Position numbers and translations under genes: made by a program
In this document: one piece after another, positions 24,769-37,039 of the stretch
How the letters are laid out: every line of letters begins with the position of its first letter
Position numbering within the stretch: the first letter of the stretch is position 1
Notes under the pieces: generated by a model
The model's input: the letters and a program-made list of their open reading frames with translations, nothing else
Told to the model about the DNA's origin: nothing
Databases searched by the model: none
Source: Carcharhinus amblyrhynchos
Lineage: Eukaryota
Direction: 5' to 3'
Assembly (NCBI GenBank): GCA_965287045.1
Contig: OZ336873.1
Location: 36,208,001-36,272,000, forward strand
DNA: 64,000 bases

Positions 24769-25671
24769 TGAAAGGGGGAACCCTAAAAGATTAGTAAGAT
24801 TTTTAAACCATTAGAGATTAAGGCACTGACAGAACTACCAGCATTAAGTTAAATTACTTTTAAAACAAGCTTATGAGCTAACATGAAAGAAGTTTACACA
24901 TATAAGAGATTTAAACAAGTGATTATGATTGTAAAACACGTATGCTGATATTTTGAATGTATTAATGTATTTTTAAGATATATTGTTCATTTTAGCCAAC
25001 AGCAATTTGCTGCAAAGCGTCATGGTAAAAGGCTTTAGGGCAAAGTCATATTCCAAAAGAATGTTTAAACCTTGAGAATATGCAAGATTTATCAGTGAAG
25101 TTTTGGATGGAGAAAACATTTAGAACACTTAATCACATTTCATGAATAGGGTTTATTCACTGTCCAGACAAAATGGATGCATACTCAGATGTGGAGCCAT
25201 GTGTGAATCTGGTTTGGCAGTGACCTTTCAGGGAACCTATGAGAATGTTCACTTGAACTTTGGGTTAGCGTCTGAGGTTACTAGGCAACATGGGAAATGG
25301 GTTCAGCCAAGGGTTAGTTTCCGGATTTTAAGGACTAATAAAATGCCATTATGCCAGAGAATAAGATACCGTTGGCTAAGATTTATGACAGGTATTATTG
25401 TTGATTTGTGTACATTAAAGATGATTGATTTTAAGCTAATAAAAGGCAGGAATAATTGATAAAACCTAAAATTGATCTGTTTTGAATTGTGTATGTCAGA
25501 TTTCATCGGAGAGGTCTAGCTGCTCTACCTCAGAGCTGCCCTGACCCTTTGATGGTCTCCAGCAGCTGTTGGTTAAATAAAGTTACATCTTTAAGTGGAG
25601 ACACTGGCTTCATGAATCTTGTATTGTCTGAGGTTTAGGAAGTGCTGGTCACCTCGGGTACTCCATCAACA
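24769..25671 (+). mobile_element. Solo LTR (903 bp), ERV-like
   Basis: TG...CA termini (TGAAAGGGGG ... CATCAACA), 5-bp TSD CATGG at 24764-24768 and 25672-25676, AATAAA at 25576-25581. Confidence 0.75.
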
Positions 25672-25693
25672 CATGGCCACAGAGGAGATGGAT

Positions 25694-25882
25694 TGTGGTG
25701 ATTGCCCCTTTAAGGGCAACACAGCAGAGTAAGAGTCACCTAGCTTAGGTGACCAATTGGGGCTCAGAGGAGTGAAACTCTCTTAAGCAATGACACACGT
25801 AGGGATAGGCTGCAGCTGCTGAACAATTCTAATTAAACCTTTACATGTTTATTAATAAAATCTATGAAAATGCATCTTTACA
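25694..25882 (+). mobile_element. Probable short decayed Gypsy-type solo LTR
   Basis: TGTGGTG..GCCCCTTTAAGGG start, palindrome GTCACCTA-GCT-TAGGTGAC, CCAAT, AATAAA, ends ..TTACA. No TSD seen. Confidence 0.35.
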
Positions 25883-26184
25883 TGAGTGCTCAGCTCCATT
25901 GACCAAAACATCACGGCTGGTATAGAGCCAACACAGATCATTTTATACGGATTGGCTCCAAACAAATCCTAAGGGTGAATTGATCTGATTGCTCATGTTA
26001 TTTGTGTCAATTTTATTAAATGTTTCTCAAGCATAACATGCAGTTCGGGACCACAGTGTCAGGTTTCAAATTCATAATTTCTCCACTGACAGAATTTGGT
26101 ATCTTGCTCAAATAAACTGGCTCCTTCCTTTGTTAGGTAAAAGTTGGACATTAGATATTTTAACTCAGACTTATCTGTTGATTA

Positions 26185-26401
26185 TAAGAACATAAGAACA
26201 TAAGAAATAGGAGCAGGAGTAGGCCATCCAGCCCTTCGAGCCTGCCCCGCCATTCAATAAGATCATGGCTGATCTGTCGCTGCTCAGTTCCACTTTCCCG
26301 CCCTCTCCCCATAACCCTTAATCCCCTCTCCTATCAAAAACCCATCAACCCGCGTCTTAAAAATATTTAGCGAGGCAGCCTCCACCACTTCAACGGGCAG
26401 A
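26185..26401 (-). mobile_element. Young 5'-truncated CR1 copy
   Basis: Nearly identical to 52981-53197; (AAGAACAT)n tail. Confidence 0.92.
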
Positions 26402-26479
26402 TGAATGGGAATAATCTAAGCTTTGTTGTCCTCTAAACAGAATGTTGAATTTTAACGTAACGTCACAATGTAATTCACA

Positions 26480-26775
26480 GTACGGTGGCACAGTGGTTAA
26501 CACTGTTGCCTCACAGTGCCAGGGATCCAGGTTCAATACCAACTCAGGTAACTGTCTACGTGGAGTCTGCATGTTGTTTGCATGGCTTTCCTCTGGGTGC
26601 TCTGGTTTCCTCCCACAGATGGAAAGACATCATGGTTAGGTGCATCGAACATACTAAATTCTCCCTCAGTGTACTCAAACAAGTGCCGGAGTGTGGCGAT
26701 TAGGGGATTTTCACATTTACTTCATTGCAGTGTTAATGTAAGCCTACTTATAACACTAATAAATAAACTTAAACT
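26480..26775 (+). mobile_element. HE1-type SINE, tail B
   Basis: Head, V-domain and tail present. Confidence 0.9.
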
Positions 26776-27717
26776 TCTCAAAAATTACTTTGTCACTTTT
26801 GCACTCATTTCTTTTTAGTTGTGTTTTCAATTTTATCATCATTTTTTACCTTCCCTATCCTTCTTTCTGAAGGTGTTGGCTGAGGTAAAAACAGCTGTTA
26901 TTTTGGCATGAACACAGATACTGAATGGTGATGGCCTATTTGACCACAGTGGGCATCATGCCCAATTCAACCCACATTAACATTTATACATGTGCATATA
27001 CGTCCAGCAGTGCTCCATGAATAACAATCAGGAACAGGAACTTCGAATGATTTATTTCCCTGCACATTCCGAATTCACAGGCAATGGCACCAATTGTATT
27101 GTCCCATTACTACTCTGGCTCAGGTCAACTAATGAATAAATGGTGATTGAGATCAGGTCTATAACTTAGCTCTTCATTGGCTAGGTATACTGAGCCACTC
27201 AGGCAGCTTGAGTCTAATTTTTGTACTGGGTGAGAAATGTTTGGGATTCTTGTTCGCTAAGGGGTGCCGTTCATTATTGTACACACTGGCAGCTGGGAGG
27301 CAATTAATACTCCGCTCCTCTCTTGTTGCAAAGTGGATGTAAACATTTCCATGGCAACCATACTGAACATTACTGTGGGATCAAGAGCTTCGTGGTGAGG
27401 ACTGAGTGAGATCAGGATGGTGGTCCCTTTGCCTAAGTTTAGTTAGTTGTGCTCCTAGCAAATTTTTAAGACACAGAAGTGATTCTGCGGTGAATTTCTG
27501 ATGCAAAATATAACGAAGGAAAATTGTGCGCCAAACATTACTGTTTGTACTCACCCAAAAATATATTTATGCATTGGAATATGGAAGCTGGTGTAGGCTA
27601 TTCAGCCCATCAAGCCGTTTTGTCTTTCAAGTAGATCATGGCTGATCTTCCGTCTCAACAACATTTTCCCACACTATCCCTTATCCCTAGATGTCTTTAA
27701 CATTTAGAAATCTGTTA

Positions 27718-28140
27718 TATAGAGATGCCGGCATTAGTCTGGGGTGGGCACAGTAAGAAGTCTCACTACACCAGGTTAAAGTCCACCAGGTTTATTTGGA
27801 ATCATGAGTTTTCAGAGCATTGCTCCTTCATCAGGTGAGTGGAGGTTAGTTCACAAACCCGGCATATATAGGCAAAGACACAATTGCAAGATAATTATGG
27901 ATTAGAATGTGAAGATTGGTTGGAATACGCGTCTTTAGAGGTAATCAAGTCTGTACAGGTACGAACAGTGTGTGTAGAGAGACGGATAATCACTGGTTAA
28001 AGTATGTCTCAAGCCAGGGCAGTTATAGGATTTTGCAAACTCAGGCAGCATGATGGGGGTTACAAGTAGTGTGACAAGAACCCAAGATCCCGGTTGAGGC
28101 TGTCCTCATGTGTGCAGAACTTGGCTATCACCTGATAGCT
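27718..28140 (-). mobile_element. Penelope-like fragment next to a CR1 3' end (27575-27715)
   Basis: Colinear with 6431-6790; carries a minus-strand CTGATGA..GAAA motif. Confidence 0.85.
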
Positions 28141-29187
28141 TTAGAAAATGAAGCTGCGTACAAGACTCACTAATTGACAAAACATTGATGCCCCAAACAA
28201 ATGCACCTTGTGCCTGGGCATCCTTTGCTGGTGAAAATTAATGTCTCTAGTCCAACCTAGCTCACCTTTTGTGGTCACTTGAGAATACTTTGCAATTCTG
28301 CTCACTCATTCAGAACCTGATGTGTGTTGCATGACTATAAATCCTGCATCGGCTCGGTAGGTGAGGAGCTGGAAACAATCAGGGAGTTGTTGGAAGATAC
28401 ACCATTTATGTTATTTCATACTGTCAGCTTGTCTAATTATCTGTTTTACTACCTGACTTTCATTAAAATTTGTATGTGGTCACTTCATATGAAAAGGTAA
28501 AATATTGTGGTTGTCTTTCTTCTAAAGCACATCTTGTTTTGCAAACTTGGGCAGAAATTAATTTCCTCAAACAAATTATTGGGAGCGTGGGATCAACAGA
28601 GTTATTGCCAACTGTATTTTGCGAAGTCATCCCAGAATGTTGCAGGAATGTTATCTGTGCGTCAACAGAAATGTATCATAATAGTGAAGGCCCAATCAGG
28701 TGATTTCTGTGTTGGCCTGTGATGAAATAGTACAGGGCAGCGTCCAAGTCCTCTAGGCTTTAATGGGGGGATATCCTTTGCAGAGATGGGGCCTGAAAAT
28801 TGTTTTGCATCGCACTGCATCTAATGGTACTGAACAGGGTTATCTTGATTTTCCTGGGGCCAGGTATCATCTGCCCTTGCAACATTTCATCATTGATCTG
28901 GGCATCAAAGTTGCAACCCCTACATGTGCCTCAAAACATGGAAAAAGCATTATCCTGACAACATGTGGCCCAGCTGGGTGATGTGATGCCTTGCAGGATA
29001 GAAATGAGATAGCATGTCATATGGAAACACAAGTACCAACTGAAACTAATTTAGCCTGGTTTTGGCTCTATATACATACACATATATACAAATGGCCTCG
29101 AAAGGGTGCTGTTAGACTATCACACTCCTCCCTTCTTATTGAGAAAGTACACAATGTTGAAAAAACATGCAATTCATATACTTTTCT

Positions 29188-30058
29188 TGGGCAGAATCTT
29201 ACGAGAATTTGGCAGACTTTCAGTTTTGGTGAGAAAACTGGTATAGAACTCTCCAACTTCACTGCCAGTTTCCCCCCAGATCCTGTCACTTTTACTACCA
29301 AAAAATAAGAATGGCATGATTTATGCTCTCATTCAGGTAAGGTAGGAATTAGAGCCAAGAACCTGTTCTGCTGAGATCAGGACACCATTTTTAAAGGTCA
29401 CATAAACAGAAATGAATCCCCCCCTCACCTCCAGCACAGCGGTTTCTCTGGCCTCTCCCCCCAACTTAATTATTACCGGCATTCCTGACCCTGATCATCG
29501 CCGGCACCTCCCATACCCCAACCCTTGCTCCCCTCCCACCTTCATTGCCAGCATCCCCATTAGTCTTTGTGTCTGTTCCCTCACCACCACAGATAAATGA
29601 GTCCCCGCTCTTCTTAGGCTCCCCTGGCTCGCCCCAGGTTGGCAGTGTGAACTTGTGCCAGGGGGCATTGCCAGGGTACTGCTTGGTCATCACCCTCTCC
29701 GCTGGGGGTTAGAGTGACCTTTGCACCCCCAGCGGATCCTCTTGACAGATTCACGTCTGGTTGAACCTGTTGTAAACATCGCTGATGTGACATCATGTTG
29801 GTGAGGTGCGAAAATCTAGTGGGGGAGGTGTGGCACGTGGGGACGATCTGGTGAAGGGCGAGGTTAATTATGTTTAAATTACAGAAATGAAAACAACTCA
29901 GATTCTCAATGGTGAACCTGATTACATCGCTGGCGAGGGGAGGGGAAAATCAGAATTCACCATCTTGCTGGCAAGATTTGGGATTTTCTGGTTTTGCTGG
30001 AATGCGAACTTCTGATGGCAATCCCACAGATGGAGAGTGCCGGCTCAACAACCCACCC
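29188..30058. mobile_element. Non-autonomous TIR element
   Basis: Starts GGGCAGAATCTTAC; GC-rich core similar to 13411-15389 and 39355-40123. Confidence 0.5.
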
Positions 30059-30528
30059 CTTATTTTTTATTTATTTACAACTCCAACATAACCACTGGTT
30101 GCCTGTTCCAAAGGGGATGCCTCATTCCTTGACCCAAATGTCCAGAACTGGACATTTTGGCCTGAGTCTGAGGTGAGGTATTCTTCACCAGCTGTGTTGA
30201 TGTACTTTATTCCTATCCCAACTATCCATTTCATCAGAGTCATATAATTCTTCTCAACCCCCTTCTTTGTAAAACATGATCTGTATGCTCAAACTATTCC
30301 AATACCAAATATCTCGGCCAAATATGCGCATATTTTCATGACTCTTCCTGGTAACTATTTCAGCCATTTATGATGATAACTTTTCACCCTAATTTCATGG
30401 TTCAATTTCAGACTTCTTTCCCTTATCTATCCCTATTATGATTCCTTTTCTGCCTGGATTGTTTCTCTTCTACTGACAGTGCTAAATATGGCTTCAGCAA
30501 TGAAAACTGCATTCTAGGCTGTCTTCCA

Positions 30529-30833
30529 GACATGGTAGCACAGTGGTTAGCACTGCTGTCTCACAGCACCAGGGACCCGGGTTCGATTCCTGGCTTGGGT
30601 CTCTGTCTATGCGGAGTCTGCATATTCTCCCTGTGTCTGCATGGGTTCCCTCCGGATGCTCTGGTTTCTCTCTCAATCCAAAAGGTTAGGTTAGGTGCAT
30701 TGGCCATGCTAAATTCTCCCTCAGTGTACCTGAAGAGGTGCCAGAGTGTGGGGACTAGGTGATTTTCACAGTAACTTCACTGCAGTGTTAAGGTAAGCCT
30801 ACTTGTAATACTAAGAAATATGTTTAAACTTAA
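30529..30833 (+). mobile_element. HE1-type SINE, tail B
   Basis: Head, V-domain and tail present. Confidence 0.9.
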
Positions 30834-30899
30834 CTTCTAAGAAAGAATTTGGCTGGCATTCTGCTGGTAGTAATATGAGGGGTTTTATGGCAAACAGAT

Positions 30900-32720
30900 A
30901 ACAAAAGATCCCCAGTTTATGACTGAATGACATCTAACATGTCTTCCCATTTGTATCTAACATTTTCTTCACAACAGCACGCTTAACAATTTGTATTTAC
31001 ACTCTTCTCCATTTGAAGCAAAATGATAAGGTGGAACTCTTAGTGTGTTTTGCTCAGTTCATTCTCATGAATTTTACAAATTCATCTGAGCAAAACTACA
31101 GTCTGTTGTCAGGCACAATTTCCTCTGGGAACCCATAGGCAGGAAACAAACTACCATAAGATTGAGAATTTTGCTAGTTGCTGTTTAATTCATCAGAAAC
31201 TCCTCATCCCAATTTGAATGGTTATCTATCGCAATGGACAGCTGTAGCCCTTCAAATTCTGTAAAATCTATGTGCTGCCTCTGCCACACTTCAGCTGGTC
31301 ATTCCTGTAGTTGGTGGCTTTGTTTCTTCTGACACAATGTCTTCCAAATCCTTATGTAACATTGGCCACCAAAGATAGCATCTCAGTAGATTTTTTGTCA
31401 AGCTCATCTCTAAATATTGATCATGTAAACCACAAAGCAATTATGATTTGTACCACCCAGGAATTATTACTCTGGCTCTGCACATAAACACGGTTTTACC
31501 CCAGTCCAACGCCTGCATCTCCACATCATCTCCACATAACAACACCTTTAGGAACTGACAACTCATCCTTATACACAAAAATGGTCTGATTTCAAAATCC
31601 AATATCTGTGTTGGCTAACCATTTGCGATGTAGTTACCCTTGCCAATAGAGTGTCCTGACAAGTTGTCATCTGTTCTGACTAGCAACGCATCTATGTGTG
31701 CACATCTTTCCAGTTGGACTCTGATGAGGGATGGTAGAGTAACATTGGCATTGCAATGATCTTCTGATCATTTACACTTCATGTCACATTGATAAGCAGG
31801 CAAAATCAGAGTCCATCTCTGCATTCAGGCTGCAACTGAAATGGGTGCTGGAGGCTTTGGATTCAAATTAGCTGTTAGTGGCATATGATGAGTTTCACTC
31901 ACGAAACTTGTGACCATACAAATATTTATGAAATCTTCTTACTCGAGAAATCAAAGACAATTCTTCACATTTTACCTGAGCATAATTCTCCTCACTGTCT
32001 CCTGAGACAATGTCCTTGAATTCCAGACAGACCAGCCAGGGTCTCAACTTCTACCCTGTCACACCCTGTAAGAATTTTGCAAGTTTCAATGAAATCACCT
32101 CTGATTATTTGAAACGCTCGTGGTTTCAGGTCCAGTTTCCTCAATCTCTCCTCGCAAAACAAATGAGTCTGGTGAACCTCCATTGCACTCTGTCTATGGC
32201 ATGCATATCCTTCCTCAGATAAGGAGGCCAAAAATATACACAATACTCTAGGTGCATTCTCACCAAGACTCTATACAATTGCAGGAAGGCATCATTGCTC
32301 CTGTACTCCAATTCCCTTGTGATGAAGGCCAACATGCCATTTGTCTCCCTAATTGCTTGCTGCAACAAGCATGCTAGTTTTCTGTGATACATGAACAAGA
32401 ACACCCAAGAATCTTTGGACATCAACGTTTCCCAACCGCTCATAATTTAAGAAATACTCTGCCTAAAGTACAAAAATGTACCATTTATCAATTTACTTTC
32501 AGACAACTGGAATAACTTGTCACATTCCCTTGTCCAATTCCACAGAATATTCTTGCTCAAGAGTTCATTCGATGTGTGCAATAACTGCCAAATTTGGTAC
32601 TAATTTACTGTGATAATTCACTGAGCCCAAGAAAGATTTGAGCTCAGAGATATTCTGAATGTGTAGCTCCTTTCATATTGCTTGAATCCTACTCTCGGTA
32701 GGATCTTTGTCCACCCTGTG
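30900..32720 (-). mobile_element. Decayed Gypsy pol (RT, RNase H, integrase Zn-binding) split by a CR1 insertion
   Basis: Minus-strand relics IFLGL..Y..K.VPNLA (RT), NYAQV..EELSLI..V..FHKYLYGHKF (RNase H) and LHD..L....TK.L.R.YLWWP.L..D.E (integrase H2C2 region). Confidence 0.75.
31992..32462 (-). mobile_element. CR1 ORF2 C-terminal fragment
   Basis: NGMLAFITRELEYRS..LQLYRVLVRMHLEYCVYFW and RGDFIETCKILTG.DRV. Confidence 0.88.
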
Positions 32721-33149
32721 ACCCAAATACTCGACAGAGTTAAAACATTTCACATTTCTGTTCCTTCACTTGAACTCCATGAATTTCCAAATGTTGGAAC
32801 ATCCTTTACAACTTGTCAGCATGGGTCTGCCTGTTTGGAGCTGAAATCAGAATGTCATCCAAATAGCACACTACTCCCTGAATTCCTTGCAAAGTTTCGT
32901 TCATTATCCCTCACAGAATTCGGGGGGGCTGAAGAAACACTAAATGGCAGCCTCTGAAACTGAAATTGATCCATGTGTGTATTAATAGGCAAATGTGACT
33001 TAGACTCATCATCTAACTCAAGTTACAGATAGGCATTTGTGACAGTCAGATCAAGAGATCTTCATTCCGTGTTGTGCTGATGTTTCCTCTCTTCCTCCTG
33101 GGTAGGCAACAGCTCTTGGGTGGCTGAAAGCAGAATATCAGTAGGGAAT

Positions 33150-34480
33150 GTTGAGAAGGAAGGGAGTTGGGATGGGAAACAAGAGGTCCATGATCACATT
33201 ATCCACAGCATAGCTGGATGTGGGTATGCTAGGAGCGTAGAAAGGCAATAGGCCAGGAAGATCCCAATATCCTCAATGTCCTCAGCTGAATCAGATTTTG
33301 CAGACCAATCACTGCAGGCCTCATGATATAAGATGCCATCTTCCCTGTAGGGCTCAGGAGATGGAAGTGGCTGCAACCTTACTGGATTGACTATACTTCC
33401 TTCTCCTGTGTGCTAACTTCTCCTGCAATACAGAGGCTAGAAAGTCTGTGGTTGTGCTTTGGTAATGTGCATGTGGTGCCAATGAGAGATGGTTGTGAAT
33501 TTCAAATCGTTGGTAGGAATATGGAATATCTGGATACTCACTGTGAGTCCTGAGTATCAAGAATTACTGCTGGCTGAGTGTTAGGGGTGTACAGTATATG
33601 GGATTCTGGTGTTGTGGTGGGTAATGGATATCGGCTGGGGGAGGGATGGCAGGCTGTAAATTTGGGTGCCATGCTTACAGTGCCGTTAACAGTGCTGACT
33701 CAGCCCAGCTCTGTCCACTACTACCTTTCTCACCAGTCCTGCCAATTAGGCTCTGTTAAGACCCAGGAATTACCTTTGCCTGGGCTCCATCTCAGCATGC
33801 TTCCCACATGAACTGCCTGCAGTCCCAGCAGTGGCCACGTTGCCCAGTGGTGCCACTGGGAGAAGAGGACTACTGGCAAATCAAATGGCGGGCAGCTTTC
33901 AGAGGTGGGGTCAGATGGCTGTTTAATGCTGTAGTGTGAACTGGCCAAGTCGAGGCAGGCTAACCCTCAATTTCTACATCATGGGAGTGGGTTCCCAATC
34001 CGCATATTACATTCATGTGACAATGCACTCACCAACCAGCTCCCTGAGAATATTAGATCTCTTGTGGTACTGCTGCCAGGCCCTCAGACCCAGACTTCCA
34101 GACCACTTGTTCTCACTCCTTTCTGAGTGACATCCTTGAAGGCCACCTGGTCTCTTGCAAGACCATGATGTCTCCCCTAATGCCCAACTGCACCATCAGT
34201 ACCTCCCGCACAGCAACTATCAGTCTGGATCCATCTGTGTTCCTAACGTCTGCTCCTGTTGTTCAGTTTGCACAAATTTTCATTGCGTCAATCTTTATTT
34301 TCATTTTCCCTTTAAGAGGCAACTTGCCTTTAAGAAAAAGCAAGCTGCTTGTTTCATGGTAAACGTCGTTGCAGGGGCCCCCTATTGTGTGCAGAACTCA
34401 CTACTAGTGTTGAGATGAGGGAACCAGCTCTGGGTCCCAGGCGATGGTGATGAAATAATGCAGGTGAAGTGTGGTGTGCT
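33150..34480 (-). mobile_element. Highly decayed Harbinger-type element (Myb/SANT gene relic)
   Basis: Minus TTGCAG|GAGAAGTTAGCACAC (EKLAH..R) resembles the second exon of the Myb-like ORF seen in the other copies. Boundaries uncertain. Confidence 0.4.
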
Positions 34481-35095
34481 TATGCCATGAACTGTGGCCC
34501 CAGGATCCATCAGAACAGATAGATTTCTAGCCAGTAATATGTACTTACAGAATCATGGCGGATAGGTGGAAACCATTCAATTAATTGTGTCCACTCTTTG
34601 AAAGGGTCAGCAATGTCGCATTCTCCTAATCTTTCCCTATAACCCTGCAAATGTTTTATTTTTCACCTTTAGTGGTTGAGAGACCAAGTGATGTAAATGT
34701 TTCAAAGGGAGATGTGCAACAGAGATTAATATAAAGTATGGGGTACAATCAGGCAAGTAAAATGTATGTTCATACATATGTCGGGAATGGTATTAATCTT
34801 TGGCGTCAGTGCCATAGCCAACCACCACTATTTAATGCTACTTTTTGAAGTTATTGAATTACTTGCTTTTTTGGAGTTACTTTTGTTTGCAGTGAATGGG
34901 TTTTGTATGTTTTCTAAGGTTGGAAATGAGTTGCTCTGCATTCCAGCTGATTTAAACAAATTCCGTCAACAATTGCAAAGAAAGCCATGTATGAGACAAC
35001 AGTAACGTATAAAGTTAAAAGTATGTGTTACAAAAAGAAGCCATGGATAGTGCATAAATATTTTGGCCTAATAAAGCATCATAAAGATTTACATA

Positions 35096-35216
35096 AAAAC
35101 AAAATACTGCAGATTCTGACAAAGGGTCATGTGGACTCGAAACATTGGCTCTGTTCTCTCCCCGCAGATGCTGTCAGACCTGCTGAGATTTTCCAGCATC
35201 TTCTGTTTTTGCGTTG
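35096..35216 (+). mobile_element. 121-bp Penelope-type terminal-repeat insert with a hammerhead-like motif
   Basis: 15-bp TSD ATAAAGATTTACATA (35081-35095, 35217-35231); internal CTGACAA-A-GGGTC-ATGTG-GACTC-GAAACATT. Confidence 0.8.
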
Positions 35217-35448
35217 ATAAAGATTTACATATTTTGGGCTCTCATTGGTCCCACCAATACCCAAAACAAAATCCAAGAAGTTCTTGTACACATCCAGTGA
35301 ATTTCCTGACTATGCATCTTATTAACCTAATCCCTCTTCCACTCCCAACCTGCCCCATTCAACCACTGAAGAAAGTCTTTGGCCCTGTGAACCCTTGTGT
35401 AGAACTGGACAGGACTATGTAAGATCTGCAAAATGTGTATGGTAAGCG

Positions 35449-35740
35449 GCATGCCGGCACGGTGGTTAGCATTGCTGCCTCAAAGTGCCAGGGACCCAGG
35501 TTCGATTCAGACTTCAGATGACTGTCTGTGTGGAGTTTGCACCTTCTCCCAGTGTCAGTTCCAGTTTCCAAAGTAGTGCGGGTTAGGTTGATTGGCCATG
35601 TTCAATTGCCCCTTAGTGTCAGAGAGATTAGCAAGGTAAATGCATTGGGTTACAAGGATAGGGCCTGGGTGGAATTGTTGTTGGTGTAGGCTCGGAGGAC
35701 CGAATGACCTCTTTCTGCACTGTTAAGGAATTCTAGGATT
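35449..35740 (+). mobile_element. HE1 SINE, tail A
   Basis: Head, V-domain (internal deletion) and HER1-type tail. Confidence 0.88.
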
Positions 35741-37039
35741 TGGAATCTCCTTGAAGCAATGTGCTGTGACTCAAAAACTGTGATGACTTTCTGAATTCCA
35801 TAAGCTGTTCAAAATATATTTAGATTCAATTAAAACACTGCCATTTTAATGGGAAGGCAAATATACATTAAAATTCATTATTTTGTAGTGTGCAGCTATT
35901 GTGTCTGTTTGCCACCAAATAAAACTCACATGAAGGTTTGTAACAGTAATAATCCCAGAAGTGTGAAATTTAAACTATCACTTTACTCCCATCAGTGAAA
36001 ACGAACTGTGTTACAATGCCAGAATGTATCATATGGCTTACGACATAATCTTCAAGAGATGATCTGCTGCAACATTTCCAGGCCTGTTCTAATGTGGCAT
36101 AAATCTCAAAGAACAAAGTATTCCAACATGTCATTTACAGTATTGTTATCTGGCTAGTTCTGAACATAACTGAATCCAGTTTTTAAAAAATCTAGTAACA
36201 GTACAACACTGAGAGGCTCTGAAATATTGCTATTTGCAATACTTCATGCCAAAATTAAGATAAACCAAAACGCCAATGATGTAGTGTTGCATATTTATAA
36301 AAGAAAGTTTATCAAGAAAGCAATCAATCTCACTATATAATAACAGTAGAGCAACAGAAACTGGACAAAACTATGAATAATTGTGGAATTTATTAATAAA
36401 TGGTGCTTATAGCTAAAAATGAAGGTTCAAGTTGTTTGGCATGTAATGTTTAATAATCCATTTCATTTCTGGATCAAACTATTCTTTCTTGTGCTACATC
36501 TGGTCCAATTTATTGCTGAGATTTCTTTTCGAATTCAACCTAAAAAGATGAGATAAAACTTTTCTCCCTATAATTTTCAAAATTATCTAGGGTGAAAGAA
36601 TTATGCATAGTCACTGTACGGTCCTTGGGAAGTGCAAATGCATTACATAAAATTATTCACGTTCAGTACTTTCAGCTGGACACTGCTCTCAGTGAGGTCC
36701 TGAGCTTAGCTGGTGCAGGAGAAGAAATTCCCCACTTCTAAAGATAATATTAAGTAAATGTTCTTAATTGTATGTTGGGAGCTTCATTATTCTGTTAAAT
36801 TGCATAACGCAAAATCTGGGAAGTGCTTAATACTGATTGTAGGTAAAGTAAATAAGTGGGTAAAATGTTTAAATTTCCTAGCACTGATGTCTTTCACTTT
36901 GTGTCCAAGGCCCTTTTTGCAAAAAAAAAGAACTAATTAAAAAGCAGCTGAAGATGAATGATGCTATATCTGACAATGTTCACTTTAACACATGTGCAAC
37001 ATTTTCCTTGAGCCCATTCACTCCTGTGAGGATGTAGGA

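Noticed and set aside
36676-36753. CAG|LDTALSEVLSLAGAGEEIPTSKDNI* as a terminal exon
   Set aside because: Weak pyrimidine tract, no recognised homology and no supporting upstream exons.
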